Positions 1 through 8,625 of a stretch of DNA of 64,000 nt are shown here, in pieces; the first letter of the stretch is position 1; every line of letters begins with the position of its first letter. The DNA is from Ignavibacteriales bacterium (lineage in GTDB: Bacteria > Bacteroidota > Ignavibacteria > UBA10030). A model generated the notes under the pieces. It worked only from the letters and a program-made list of their open reading frames with translations. It made no database searches and was not told the origin of the DNA. Position numbers and translations under genes: made by a program. The stretch is taken from the NCBI GenBank assembly GCA_016193365.1, contig JACPSI010000120.1:2640-66639 (forward strand), read 5' to 3'.

Positions 1-112
1 GGCAATTCTTTTGAGGGGAGCGAAAACTGGAGTATCGGACTCACTCTTGTGAGAGCGTTCAACATGAGTTTTCTTGAATAGCTTTTGAAAGACCTCAGGA
101 AGGAGCAAATCT

Positions 113-568
113 ATGACGAAACCATTCTTATTTTTGAGTGTTGTTTTGGTCCTCGTTTCCTCGACGTACGCGCAAGAGTCAACCTCGAAACGCCGAAATA
201 TCAATATCGCTCGGTCAGCGACGGCAAGGAACCTTCCATTTAGCGATGCCGTCCTGGTCGGAAATACCCTCTACCTCTCAGGCAGACTTGGTATCGACCC
301 AAAAACGGGAGTCCCTCCAGCAGATATCAACGACGAAATCAAATTCCTCCTCGACGGGTTCAAATCGGTTCTTGCCGATGCGAACATGACGATGGACAAC
401 CTTGTGCAAGTCCAGGTGTTTTGTCCGGACCTCGGCCTCTACGACAAATTCAATGCTGCGTACCGAACGTATTTCAGCAAGGATTTTCCCGCGCGCGCAT
501 TTATTGGGTCGGGTCCACTGCTTAGAGGCGCTCACTTTGAAATGATTGGAATCGCGGCAAAGGAATAA
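113..568 (+). CDS. RidA/YjgF/TdcF family reactive-intermediate (enamine/imine) deaminase-like protein with N-terminal signal peptide
   Basis: 151-aa ORF. The N-terminus MTKPFLFLSVVLVLVSSTYAQ looks like a cleavable signal peptide. The body matches the YjgF/RidA fold pattern (PFSDAVLVGNTLYLSGRLGIDPKTG...ARAFIGSGPL...EMIGIAAKE). Confidence 0.8.
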   Translation: MTKPFLFLSVVLVLVSSTYAQESTSKRRNINIARSATARNLPFSDAVLVGNTLYLSGRLGIDPKTGVPPADINDEIKFLLDGFKSVLADANMTMDNLVQVQVFCPDLGLYDKFNAAYRTYFSKDFPARAFIGSGPLLRGAHFEMIGIAAKE

Positions 569-585
569 CGGTTCTCGTTATTCTC

Positions 586-786
586 TTAGCCTTTTTTCGG
601 GCCCTGGATGACTCTCGCAGGGAGTGTTATCAGCGCTTTGATGAATTCAAAGAGAGCATCCATCGTGATCCCGATGAGGCGAAACGGAAGCGACAGGAGC
701 CAAACAAAAGGATAAAGGATGATGGCGAGCAGGGCGAGGGGCCAGCAAAAGACCAGTACGAGAAGCCAGAGCAAGAATTTTGTCAC
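586..786 (-). CDS. hypothetical small membrane protein (66 aa, two predicted TM helices)
   Basis: ORF lies exactly in the gap between the RidA gene and the next gene. It is strongly hydrophobic (LLWLLVLVFCWPLALLAIILYPFVWLLSLPF). No recognisable family. Confidence 0.3.
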   Translation of the reverse strand: MTKFLLWLLVLVFCWPLALLAIILYPFVWLLSLPFRLIGITMDALFEFIKALITLPARVIQGPKKG

Positions 787-830
787 GATGTCCTCTGAAG
801 GTTGTTACGACGCGTGAGAAAAAGAGTTTC

Positions 831-2726
831 ATGAAATCACTCCTGCTGTCTTTGTTTTTTCTTTCACCTCTCCTTCATTCCCAATTTCTCTCTGTTGAAG
901 TATCGTCGGCAGACTGGGGGCTGAAGAATTTTTCCGATATCCGGTATGGCCAGATAGCCATTCTCCACGAGCCGGGCGGAGATAGACTCACTGTCTATAC
1001 CCTGCGCGACGGCCTGCCGAAAGTCGAGTCATTTATTGCCACCGCCTCTTCCCCCACTTTCTCCGGCAATTGTTTTCTCGTCTCCGATTTCAACGGGGGC
1101 ATGCGAAATGTCCTCGGCGGTTCGTTCAATGTGTTTCAGCGGTCGCCGAGCTCCGCGTTTGTGGAATATGCCGCCGACATCGAGGACAGAAAATCTCTTC
1201 GCTTATCTTATTCGAAAGAGCGCGATGGCTTTTGTGGGCTTTGGATTCATCTGTTTAACACAACGTCTACAGCAAGCGAAAGAATGTATCTCGACGCTTC
1301 CGAATTTTCTGCTATTACTTTTTGGGTTCGCGGTTCCACCGGCAAAGAGACCCTTTCCATAAAAATTGCCGATGCAGCATGGGAGCGAAAAGAAGACGCC
1401 CTGGAAGTTGGCGATCTTGGTCGATTCCTTCCTTCAGGGACTATTGATACAAACTGGCGACAGGCAGTTATTTCGTTTTCCCAGATTCCAGCCCGCATAA
1501 ACAAATCGCTACTCGCGACAATTTCTTTCGAAGCTTCCTCCGTCCATCAAGGATCGGTGTATCTCAAATCGCTGTCGTTTTGCAGGGACACGACATCCTT
1601 TCTGCCACTCCCGCCACTCGCACCAGTAACTCAACTATGCAAGAATGACCATGCAGTATGGGTGTGGAATACGGATGATCTCGTTCGAGATAAAGCAAAA
1701 AGAAATCAGTTGGTCGGACTTCTTTCACAGGAAAAAGTTTCACACGTGTTTCTGGCTGTACCCTATCGGCCTCAAGCTCAACGAGAGCGCGGAATCGAAA
1801 TTGAAGCGAAAATCATGCGCCCTCTTGTCTTTGAGCTGAAGGCCAAAGGTATAACCGTCCACGCTCTTTTTGGGGACAAGGATTTCATTTTGCCGGAGCA
1901 ACGCCGTTTTGTCAACACCACTCTTGAAAATGTCCTTCGATACAATAGCACCTCCAAAAAACAGGAACGGTTCGACGGGATTCATTTTGATGTGGAACCG
2001 TATTTGCTCGCCGGCTTCAATGGTCCGCGGGGTACATGGATTCTCCAGAACTTCCTCAGACTTTTAAGCGAGGCCGCAACAACCGCAAAACGCGGTAAGC
2101 TTCTGATGGGCGCCGACATTCCCTTCTGGTTGGATACTCCCGAGGAATTCTCCCGCGAGCAAAGAACCATTGAATTCGCTGGGATCAGCAAGCCAGTACA
2201 CGAACACATCATCGACCTGATGGATATTGTGGTCCTGATGAGTTATCGCACCTTTGCCGCCGGGGCGGACGGCATCGTGCTTCATTCTTCCGATGAACTT
2301 GAGTATGCGTCAAAAAAGGGAACGCGCGTTTTCGTTGGTTTAGAAACTAGCCCTCTACCCGATGAGAACATTCTGACCATCCGCGGAACACCAACGGAAG
2401 GCGCGACCCCGCCTGGATCCGCACATTATGTGGCACTCGTTCCACGTCTTGACAGTGCCAAAGTTTTTGTTGTCAAATCAACCGATAAAGCTCGTTTCGA
2501 TGTTTTTATGATGGATTCAGGTGTCAACCTGGGGCAAGTTCTCTGGTGGCCTGTACTGCAGGATCTTTTTGTCCCGGGAACGAAAGTCAGCTTTGCGACA
2601 CTCGACACCACACGGATGCGCAATGCAATGAGACAAACGGTATCGGAGCTCTCGGCTTATCCAGCTTTTGAGGGAATTGCCATCCACCATGCTGAAAGTT
2701 ACCAGCGGTTATTGAATCGTCCCTGA
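831..2726 (+). CDS. hypothetical secreted protein, possibly a glycoside-hydrolase-like TIM-barrel (GHL/DUF187-like) protein
   Basis: Long ORF 780..2726. The likely start is MKSLLLSLFFLSPLLHSQ (signal peptide) at 831. The central region has a TIM-barrel-like pattern (VHALFGDKDF, GIHFDVEPY). Function uncertain. Confidence 0.5.
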   Translation: MKSLLLSLFFLSPLLHSQFLSVEVSSADWGLKNFSDIRYGQIAILHEPGGDRLTVYTLRDGLPKVESFIATASSPTFSGNCFLVSDFNGGMRNVLGGSFNVFQRSPSSAFVEYAADIEDRKSLRLSYSKERDGFCGLWIHLFNTTSTASERMYLDASEFSAITFWVRGSTGKETLSIKIADAAWERKEDALEVGDLGRFLPSGTIDTNWRQAVISFSQIPARINKSLLATISFEASSVHQGSVYLKSLSFCRDTTSFLPLPPLAPVTQLCKNDHAVWVWNTDDLVRDKAKRNQLVGLLSQEKVSHVFLAVPYRPQAQRERGIEIEAKIMRPLVFELKAKGITVHALFGDKDFILPEQRRFVNTTLENVLRYNSTSKKQERFDGIHFDVEPYLLAGFNGPRGTWILQNFLRLLSEAATTAKRGKLLMGADIPFWLDTPEEFSREQRTIEFAGISKPVHEHIIDLMDIVVLMSYRTFAAGADGIVLHSSDELEYASKKGTRVFVGLETSPLPDENILTIRGTPTEGATPPGSAHYVALVPRLDSAKVFVVKSTDKARFDVFMMDSGVNLGQVLWWPVLQDLFVPGTKVSFATLDTTRMRNAMRQTVSELSAYPAFEGIAIHHAESYQRLLNRP

Positions 2727-2758
2727 CTGTTTGACCCTTCCACCACTTTTACGTACCA

Positions 2759-4132
2759 TTGCTTCATTCTTTTACAACGATGAGTACTTCCCTGCTATCC
2801 GACCTGCTTGAGAGAATCGAAGGACAGCTTCGAGAAGCAAACACACAATTCGCCAAGATGTATCCCGGCGATTCTCCTGCGCGTCAACCCGTGCACACTG
2901 TGTATGGCGGAGCCCAGATTTTCAAAGCCGATACGGCTCAAAAGCTTGGAACGGTCGCTCTCAAATCGATAGATGAGAATGCCGCCTCACCTGCAGCGTT
3001 TGCAAAAGCTCTCGGACTGAAAGGCAACGCCCAATTCCTCAGCACCATTTACCGTCGTATCATTGATAAGCTGAAGAAAGAGCCTGTCGAAGATTTCAGG
3101 ATTGACTTTGAAGACGGCTACGGGAACCGCCCCGACAGTGAGGAAGACCGCCATGCCGAGTTTACGGCGCAGGAAGTTGGGAGAGGGATGGCGGAGGGAA
3201 TTCTCCCTCCGTTCATCGGGTTTCGCATCAAACCCCTCACAGAAGAACTGAAAAGCCGTGGCATTCGAACGCTCGATATCTTCGTCACGTCTCTTGTGAA
3301 AAAGACGGAAGGCAAGCTTCCGGGCGGTTTTGTCGTCACAATTCCCAAGGTCGTGATGACCGAACAAGTTGCAGCTCTGGTAGAACTGCTCGAGTCCCTC
3401 GAGTCGAAGAATAGCCTTAAGCAAGGTTCGCTTAAACTAGAGTTGATGATTGAAACTCCTCAGTCTATTTTCAATTCCAAAGGCGGGGTAGCGATTCCTT
3501 CGTTTATTTCGGCTGCCAGCGGCCGTTGTATTGCCGCACATTTCGGCGTCTATGATTATACTGCATCGAACAACATCACGGCTCAATACCAGAGCATAGT
3601 TCATCCGGCATGCGATTTTGCCCGGACTGTCATGAAAGTCTCGCTTGCTGGTACGGGCGTTTGGATCTCAGACGGAGCGACAAACATTATGCCGGTTGGA
3701 CCGAATCGGATGAAGGACGGCAAATCGCTATCCGCAAAACAAAAGTTCGAGAACCGACGTGTCGTGCATCGCATTTGGAAATTGAACTTTGAACACATCA
3801 ATCATTCGCTTATGAACGGATTTTATCAAGGCTGGGATTTGCATCCTGCTCAGCTTCCCGTCCGCTATGCCGCTGTGTACAATTTCTTTTTGAAGGAACT
3901 GGAAACGGCATCAAATCGCCTGAAAACATTCATGGAAAAAGCTGCTCAGGCAACGCTGATCGGTGATGTTTTTGACGATGCGGCAACCGGGCAAGGCTTG
4001 CTGAATTTCTTCCTTCAGGGAATCGGCTGCGGTGCAATTACCGAACAGGAAGCAACTGCAACCGGACTTTCGATTGATGAAATCCGGAGTAGATCGTTTG
4101 TGAAGATTCTTAGAGGAAGAAGTAAAGATTGA
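2759..4132 (+). CDS. hypothetical protein, possible HpcH/CitE/malate-synthase-like TIM-barrel enzyme
   Basis: 457-aa ORF with an RIDFEDGYG motif reminiscent of the D-x-E-D catalytic motif of citrate-lyase beta / malyl-CoA lyase / malate synthase folds. Assignment by motif only. Confidence 0.45.
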   Translation: MLHSFTTMSTSLLSDLLERIEGQLREANTQFAKMYPGDSPARQPVHTVYGGAQIFKADTAQKLGTVALKSIDENAASPAAFAKALGLKGNAQFLSTIYRRIIDKLKKEPVEDFRIDFEDGYGNRPDSEEDRHAEFTAQEVGRGMAEGILPPFIGFRIKPLTEELKSRGIRTLDIFVTSLVKKTEGKLPGGFVVTIPKVVMTEQVAALVELLESLESKNSLKQGSLKLELMIETPQSIFNSKGGVAIPSFISAASGRCIAAHFGVYDYTASNNITAQYQSIVHPACDFARTVMKVSLAGTGVWISDGATNIMPVGPNRMKDGKSLSAKQKFENRRVVHRIWKLNFEHINHSLMNGFYQGWDLHPAQLPVRYAAVYNFFLKELETASNRLKTFMEKAAQATLIGDVFDDAATGQGLLNFFLQGIGCGAITEQEATATGLSIDEIRSRSFVKILRGRSKD

Positions 4133-4188
4133 ATGATGAATATCGAACGCGGAATATCGAATGAAGAAGTTATGTTTCAGGAGATTAT

Positions 4189-4536
4189 ATGAAGAGCTTT
4201 ATTACTACACACGTCCTTAATACGTCGCTCGGAAAACCGGCCGCCGGCATCACTGTAATTTTGGAAATGAAAGGTAAAACCGGAGAATGGAGCAAAGTCG
4301 CAAGCGGAACGACGGATCCGGATGGGAGAATCAACAGCCTGTTTCCGGAAGGGATCCCGTTGGAACGAGGAACCTATAGGCTGACGTTCGAGACCGCTAC
4401 CTATTTTCGTTCCGTCGGCTCCGAAAGTTTTTATCCATACGTGCAGATTGCCTTCGAGGTGAACCAATCGTCGGCGCATTACCATGTTCCCTTGTTGCTG
4501 AATCCGTACGGATATTCGACGTATCGAGGAAGTTAA
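4189..4536 (+). CDS. hiuH: 5-hydroxyisourate hydrolase (transthyretin-like HIUase)
   Basis: 115 aa. The N-terminal HVLNTSLGKPAAG and the C-terminal YRGS tetrapeptide are hallmarks of HIU hydrolases as opposed to transthyretins. Confidence 0.85.
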   Translation: MKSFITTHVLNTSLGKPAAGITVILEMKGKTGEWSKVASGTTDPDGRINSLFPEGIPLERGTYRLTFETATYFRSVGSESFYPYVQIAFEVNQSSAHYHVPLLLNPYGYSTYRGS

Positions 4537-4545
4537 GGCCAAACA

Positions 4546-4918
4546 ATGACATTCGTTTTTAACAAAAGCTCACAGAAAGCCGTTCGAAAGATGCTTCGAA
4601 AATCCATGCCGAAATCCGAGATCATACTCTGGTCGAAAATCAGGAACAGGCAATCCTCGGTCAGAAATTCCGGCGTCCATACTCTGTCGACACATTTGTT
4701 CTGATTTTTATTGTCCGGCCTTGAAGCTGGCTATTGAAGTCGACGGCGATAGCCATACCGAATCTACTAGGGCTTTTGATGAGCATCGTCAAAAACTTGT
4801 CGAAATGTACGGCATCCGGTTCTTGCGATTCACAAATGATGACATTTATGAAAATCTGGATGGTGTCTTAGAGGATATTTACCAAACGGTGGAAGAAATG
4901 GTTCTTAACAAACCTTGA
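4546..4918 (+). pseudogene. DUF559 (very-short-patch-repair-endonuclease-like) domain gene remnant, disrupted by two frameshifts
   Basis: Three consecutive frames carry pieces of one DUF559 protein: EIILWSKIRNRQ.. (4546..4710), KFRRPYSVDTFVLIF.., then LKLAIEVDGDSH...FLRFTNDDI (4721..4918). Intact homologs read LLWS.LR...LGYKFRRQ....DFYCP.LKLAIEVDG. Confidence 0.65.
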
Positions 4919-4934
4919 CCGTACAAGAATCTTG

Positions 4935-4985
4935 CCGACCCCCTTCTTTTCCCCCTTCATAAGGGGGAAATAAAAAAGGGGTCGG
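4935..4985. terminator. nested GC-rich hairpin (outer CCGACCCCTT/AAGGGGTCGG, inner CCCCCTT-cat-AAGGGGG) followed by A/T-rich sequence
   Basis: Read directly from the sequence. Sits between the DUF559 remnant and the puuD-like gene. Confidence 0.4.
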
Positions 4986-5017
4986 ATTAAAATCAGAATT
5001 CGGTAAGAGAAATAGTT

Positions 5018-5824
5018 ATGGAATTTGACTGGAACGAATGGCTTCACATCATCACACGATGGGTGCATGTGTTTGCCGGCATCCTGTGGATCGGCACGAC
5101 ATATTTCTTCACCTGGCTCGACGGACGATTCCACGAGATGGCGGACTCCTCAAAGAGCGAGCAAGAATCGAAGGTCTGGATGGTGCATAGTGGCGGATTC
5201 TATGTTGTTGGAAAACAGTCTAAGCCGAGCATGCTGACGACGAAGCTTCATTGGTTCAAGTGGGAAGCGGCGATTACATGGCTCAGCGGAATGCTACTGC
5301 TCGTACTTGTGTATTACACCGGTGGCTTGCTCGTCGATGCGATGTACGATGAAACGACTTCGATCTTGATTGGATTGGGTTCTCTGGTCGTCGCCTGGTT
5401 TGTGTACGACGTGTTATGGAATTCAGCGCTAGGAGCCAATGAGCGCGTGGGCGTGGTAATTTCTTTTGTTCTGGCTGTCGCGGCCATATATGCCTTCAGC
5501 AAGATTTTTGGAGGTCGGACGGCGTACATGCAGGCTGGAGCAATGTTTGGAACACTCATGGCCGCAAATGTGTGGATTCGCATTCTTCCAGGACAAAGAA
5601 AGATGGTTGCCGCGCTACAAAGAGGTGACCAGCCTGACTTAACGTTGGGAGCTCGTGCAAAGGCACGCTCAAAACACAATACCTTCATGATTGTTCCGGT
5701 TGTGTTCATCATGATCAGCAATCATTACCCTGTCGGAACTTACTCATCAGAGTACAATTGGCTTATCCTTTCTTTTGTTGTCTTCATCGGATGGGTTGTT
5801 GCAAAATACTTACGGCGAGCTTAG
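5018..5824 (+). CDS. PuuD-like membrane urate hydroxylase family protein (COG3748/DUF989-like), lacking a cytochrome c domain
   Basis: The N-terminus EWLHIITRWVHVFAGILWIGTTYFFTWLD matches the conserved W-L-x4-R-W-x-H-x3-G-I-x-W-I-G-x3-Y-F-x-W-L-D start of PuuD/COG3748 proteins. Multi-TM. Adjacent to hiuH. Confidence 0.5.
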   Translation: MEFDWNEWLHIITRWVHVFAGILWIGTTYFFTWLDGRFHEMADSSKSEQESKVWMVHSGGFYVVGKQSKPSMLTTKLHWFKWEAAITWLSGMLLLVLVYYTGGLLVDAMYDETTSILIGLGSLVVAWFVYDVLWNSALGANERVGVVISFVLAVAAIYAFSKIFGGRTAYMQAGAMFGTLMAANVWIRILPGQRKMVAALQRGDQPDLTLGARAKARSKHNTFMIVPVVFIMISNHYPVGTYSSEYNWLILSFVVFIGWVVAKYLRRA

Positions 5825-5838
5825 CATGAGGTGAACTT

Positions 5839-6462
5839 TTGGCTGGGAATAAACTACACTGGGAAAAAGTCTTTTCCACAAAATTATCCAATGAAGTAAG
5901 CTGGTTTAAACCGCATCTCGATATTTCGTTGGAGATGATCAAGAATGCGGGCCTTCCAAAATCCACACCTTTGATAGATGTAGGCGGCGGCGATTCTACC
6001 CTCGTTTTTGACCTCGTGCAATCCGGCTATTCAGACATCACCGTGCTCGACATTTCTTCTGAAGCCCTCCAAAAGGCAAAGAAGCGACTTGGCGACAAAG
6101 CTGACAATGTGAAATGGCTACAAGCCGATATCACACAAGCGAACCTCCCCGACAATTCCTTCCAACTGTGGCATGACCGAGCCGCGTTCCATTTTCTCAC
6201 GGATCAAATGTCGAGAGAAGCATATGTCCACCGCTGTAAGAACGCATTGGCCCTCGGCGGAACGCTCATTCTCGCCACATTCGCTCAAGACGGTCCGGAA
6301 AAATGCAGCGGCCTACCAACGATGAGATATTCGGCCGAAGTACTTGAACGCCAGTTTGGCCCATCCTTCCACCTCATCGAAACGCGGTCGGAGCATCACA
6401 CAACGCCTGCCGGCAAAATCCAAAGTTTCATCTACTGTCGCCTCACGAAACGAGCCGGCTAG
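5839..6462 (+). CDS. class I SAM-dependent methyltransferase
   Basis: Motif I LIDVGGGDSTLVF and an acidic post-I residue (VLDIS). 207 aa. Probable TTG start. Confidence 0.8.
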   Translation: MAGNKLHWEKVFSTKLSNEVSWFKPHLDISLEMIKNAGLPKSTPLIDVGGGDSTLVFDLVQSGYSDITVLDISSEALQKAKKRLGDKADNVKWLQADITQANLPDNSFQLWHDRAAFHFLTDQMSREAYVHRCKNALALGGTLILATFAQDGPEKCSGLPTMRYSAEVLERQFGPSFHLIETRSEHHTTPAGKIQSFIYCRLTKRAG

Positions 6463-6482
6463 CAGAACTCTCGCACCAGACT

Positions 6483-7589
6483 ATGAAACGCGATTATGAC
6501 GTGATCGTCGTGGGCGCACGCGTTGCAGGCTCAATTGTTTCGGCTTTTCTTGGTCAAAAAAAGTATCGAGTGCTTCTCCTCGACCGGGCACGATTCCCCA
6601 GTGATACTCTCTCCACGCATTTCTTTCGGTATCCGACGTTTCATGTTCTCGAGCGCCTTGGAGTCCTGGATGAAGCCTATTCGCTCGCTCCAAAACTCGT
6701 CAATAGTTTTAACTATCTTGACGGCCATGTTTTTACTGAGCCTGTTAAAAGCCCGGATGGACCAAGTCATTATCTCTGCCTTCGACGCATCACGCTTCAC
6801 GATATTCTCATCAAGAGAGTTCGCCGCGAGCAAACTGTCTCGGTTCACGAAGACGCCTACGTGGACGACATCCTCAATCAAAATGGCATAGTGACGGGAG
6901 TTCAGTGGCGTGAACAGGGGAAGGTTTTTACGGCTACGGCGAGACTCGTGGTCGGCGCCGATGGGGTAAATTCAATCGTAGCCAAAAAGGTCCAACCAGC
7001 AATCGACAATTCCGAACCCGTTCGTCGTACAATGTACTATGCTTACTACCGCAATTTCGCACTACAACCGGGACCAGCCGCCGAGTTTCATTACCGCGGG
7101 AACAGACTCGTCTATGTTTTTCCGACAGACGCGGCATTGACGCTTATTGCTTCTTCCGTGCCGATAGAGGAGTTTCCTGAATTTCGCAAAAACCCTTCAG
7201 CTTTCTTGACGAGGGAACTCGAAGCAATGCCTGAAATTACGACGAGGATTAGGAGCTCAGATCAGGTTGGTTCGGTAAAAGGCACGGGAAGCATCCCTGG
7301 ATGGCAAAGGGTGCCATTTGGAAATGGCTGGGCCCTTGCTGGAGATTCGGAGCAGATTCTTGACCCGTGGTCGGGTCAGGGAATCGACCAAGCTTCAACT
7401 CATGCGGCAATCTTAGCTGATGCGGTTGACCAATGGCTCTCAGGCAAAAACTCTTGGGAAGAATCGATGAGGGAGTTTAATCGAAAGAGGCATGAATTCA
7501 GCGACAAGACGTTTGAGCGGACGTGCAAGTTTGCCAGGGATTTGCGGCCGATGACGGAGGCGGCACTGAAGAAAAGAGGTTTACTCTAA
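6483..7589 (+). CDS. FAD-dependent oxidoreductase / flavin monooxygenase (geranylgeranyl-reductase or FixC-like fold)
   Basis: N-terminal Rossmann dinucleotide motif YDVIVVGARVAGS followed by LLLDRARFP. 368 aa. Confidence 0.8.
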   Translation: MKRDYDVIVVGARVAGSIVSAFLGQKKYRVLLLDRARFPSDTLSTHFFRYPTFHVLERLGVLDEAYSLAPKLVNSFNYLDGHVFTEPVKSPDGPSHYLCLRRITLHDILIKRVRREQTVSVHEDAYVDDILNQNGIVTGVQWREQGKVFTATARLVVGADGVNSIVAKKVQPAIDNSEPVRRTMYYAYYRNFALQPGPAAEFHYRGNRLVYVFPTDAALTLIASSVPIEEFPEFRKNPSAFLTRELEAMPEITTRIRSSDQVGSVKGTGSIPGWQRVPFGNGWALAGDSEQILDPWSGQGIDQASTHAAILADAVDQWLSGKNSWEESMREFNRKRHEFSDKTFERTCKFARDLRPMTEAALKKRGLL

Positions 7590-7770
7590 AAACGATTTCC
7601 TTGAGTCAAACCGACCAGTTTTCGGATAAGAAGTATTGTTCGCTCTTAAAGTTGCCCAGTAGATCGGAATTTGCTTTGTCGTCCTTTTGGGAAATTCCGA
7701 CCCCTCGTCGTGTAAACAATAAAAAGCCCGTCACTCGCGAGGCTCTTTTGTCAGCTTACTAAAACGACCT

Positions 7771-8376
7771 CTAACTTCCCTTTTTCTGCTCCTTCATCTT
7801 CTTTTCCCGCTCTGCCGTCCAAGGCGGAACAACACCGTTCGTCCGCGCATACGCAATCTGCTGGCCGAGCAACTCATGTTGATGCGTGGCGCCGAGCATG
7901 ATCATGTCCATCTTGTTCATGTCCATCCCGAAGAAATCAACCTTCATGTCGAACTCCGCTTCCGGGCAGTTCGTGACGGCCTGGTTCACAACCTCAAACG
8001 ATTTCTTGAGAGCTTCTGCAATCTTCTTCTTGTCGGTCTCAGATTTTTCCAGCTTCGCAGGGTCGACTCCTTCGGCCATCATTCCCGTGATCTTCGAGCT
8101 TGAGATGTAATTGCCGAGCGCGGCATGCATGAACGACTCGGCCGTCGAACGCACTCCCTTTGCCGGCCTCCAGCTCATTTTTTTCTGCGGAACCGCTTCG
8201 AGCAACGACAGCATTTGCCCTTCGACAAACTTCGATTGCTTCAGGAATGAACCTTTGACTCCCCCGGGCATGTCCGCGGCCGACTTCGTTTGAGCGGGCA
8301 TCTTATCTTCCTGTGCGACGGCTATGCTGAAGCAAACGACCGCAAGTGACAATATGGACATCTTTGTTTTACTCAT
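7771..8376 (-). CDS. DinB/YfiT-like (DinB_2) family protein with predicted signal peptide
   Basis: C-terminal HELLGQQIAYARTNGVVPPW is typical of DinB_2 four-helix-bundle metalloproteins. The N-terminus MSKTKMSILSLAVVCFSIAVAQE looks like a signal peptide. Confidence 0.6.
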   Translation of the reverse strand: MSKTKMSILSLAVVCFSIAVAQEDKMPAQTKSAADMPGGVKGSFLKQSKFVEGQMLSLLEAVPQKKMSWRPAKGVRSTAESFMHAALGNYISSSKITGMMAEGVDPAKLEKSETDKKKIAEALKKSFEVVNQAVTNCPEAEFDMKVDFFGMDMNKMDMIMLGATHQHELLGQQIAYARTNGVVPPWTAEREKKMKEQKKGS

Positions 8377-8625
8377 ACATCCTCCAATATTTGGTGAGAG
8401 AGAATTGATTGAAAAATATGTGCCCCCTCAAAATCACTTTGTTACTCCTGCGGGTTTTAAGCAGGAGTCCAGAGCTGGCTAATTTCTGGATTCCCCGCCA
8501 GACCGCAGGCGGGCTGGCGTCTTGTCAATTTCCAGCCGCTCTGGCTTGATGAGATGTCCGACATTCCACGCGCATGCCCCGCCACAAAGCTTGGCGGGCA
8601 AGCTGCGCCATGTGTCGGACATCCC

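Noticed and set aside
1036-1362. Internal 108-aa and 62-aa ORFs
   Set aside because: Nested in an alternative frame of the 648-aa secreted protein gene.
8430-8560. Hairpins ACTCCTGC-N9-GCAGGAGT and CGCCAG...CTGGCG between wecB and the DinB_2 gene
   Set aside because: Plausible wecB terminator, but stems are short and the U-tract is poor. Not reported as a feature.
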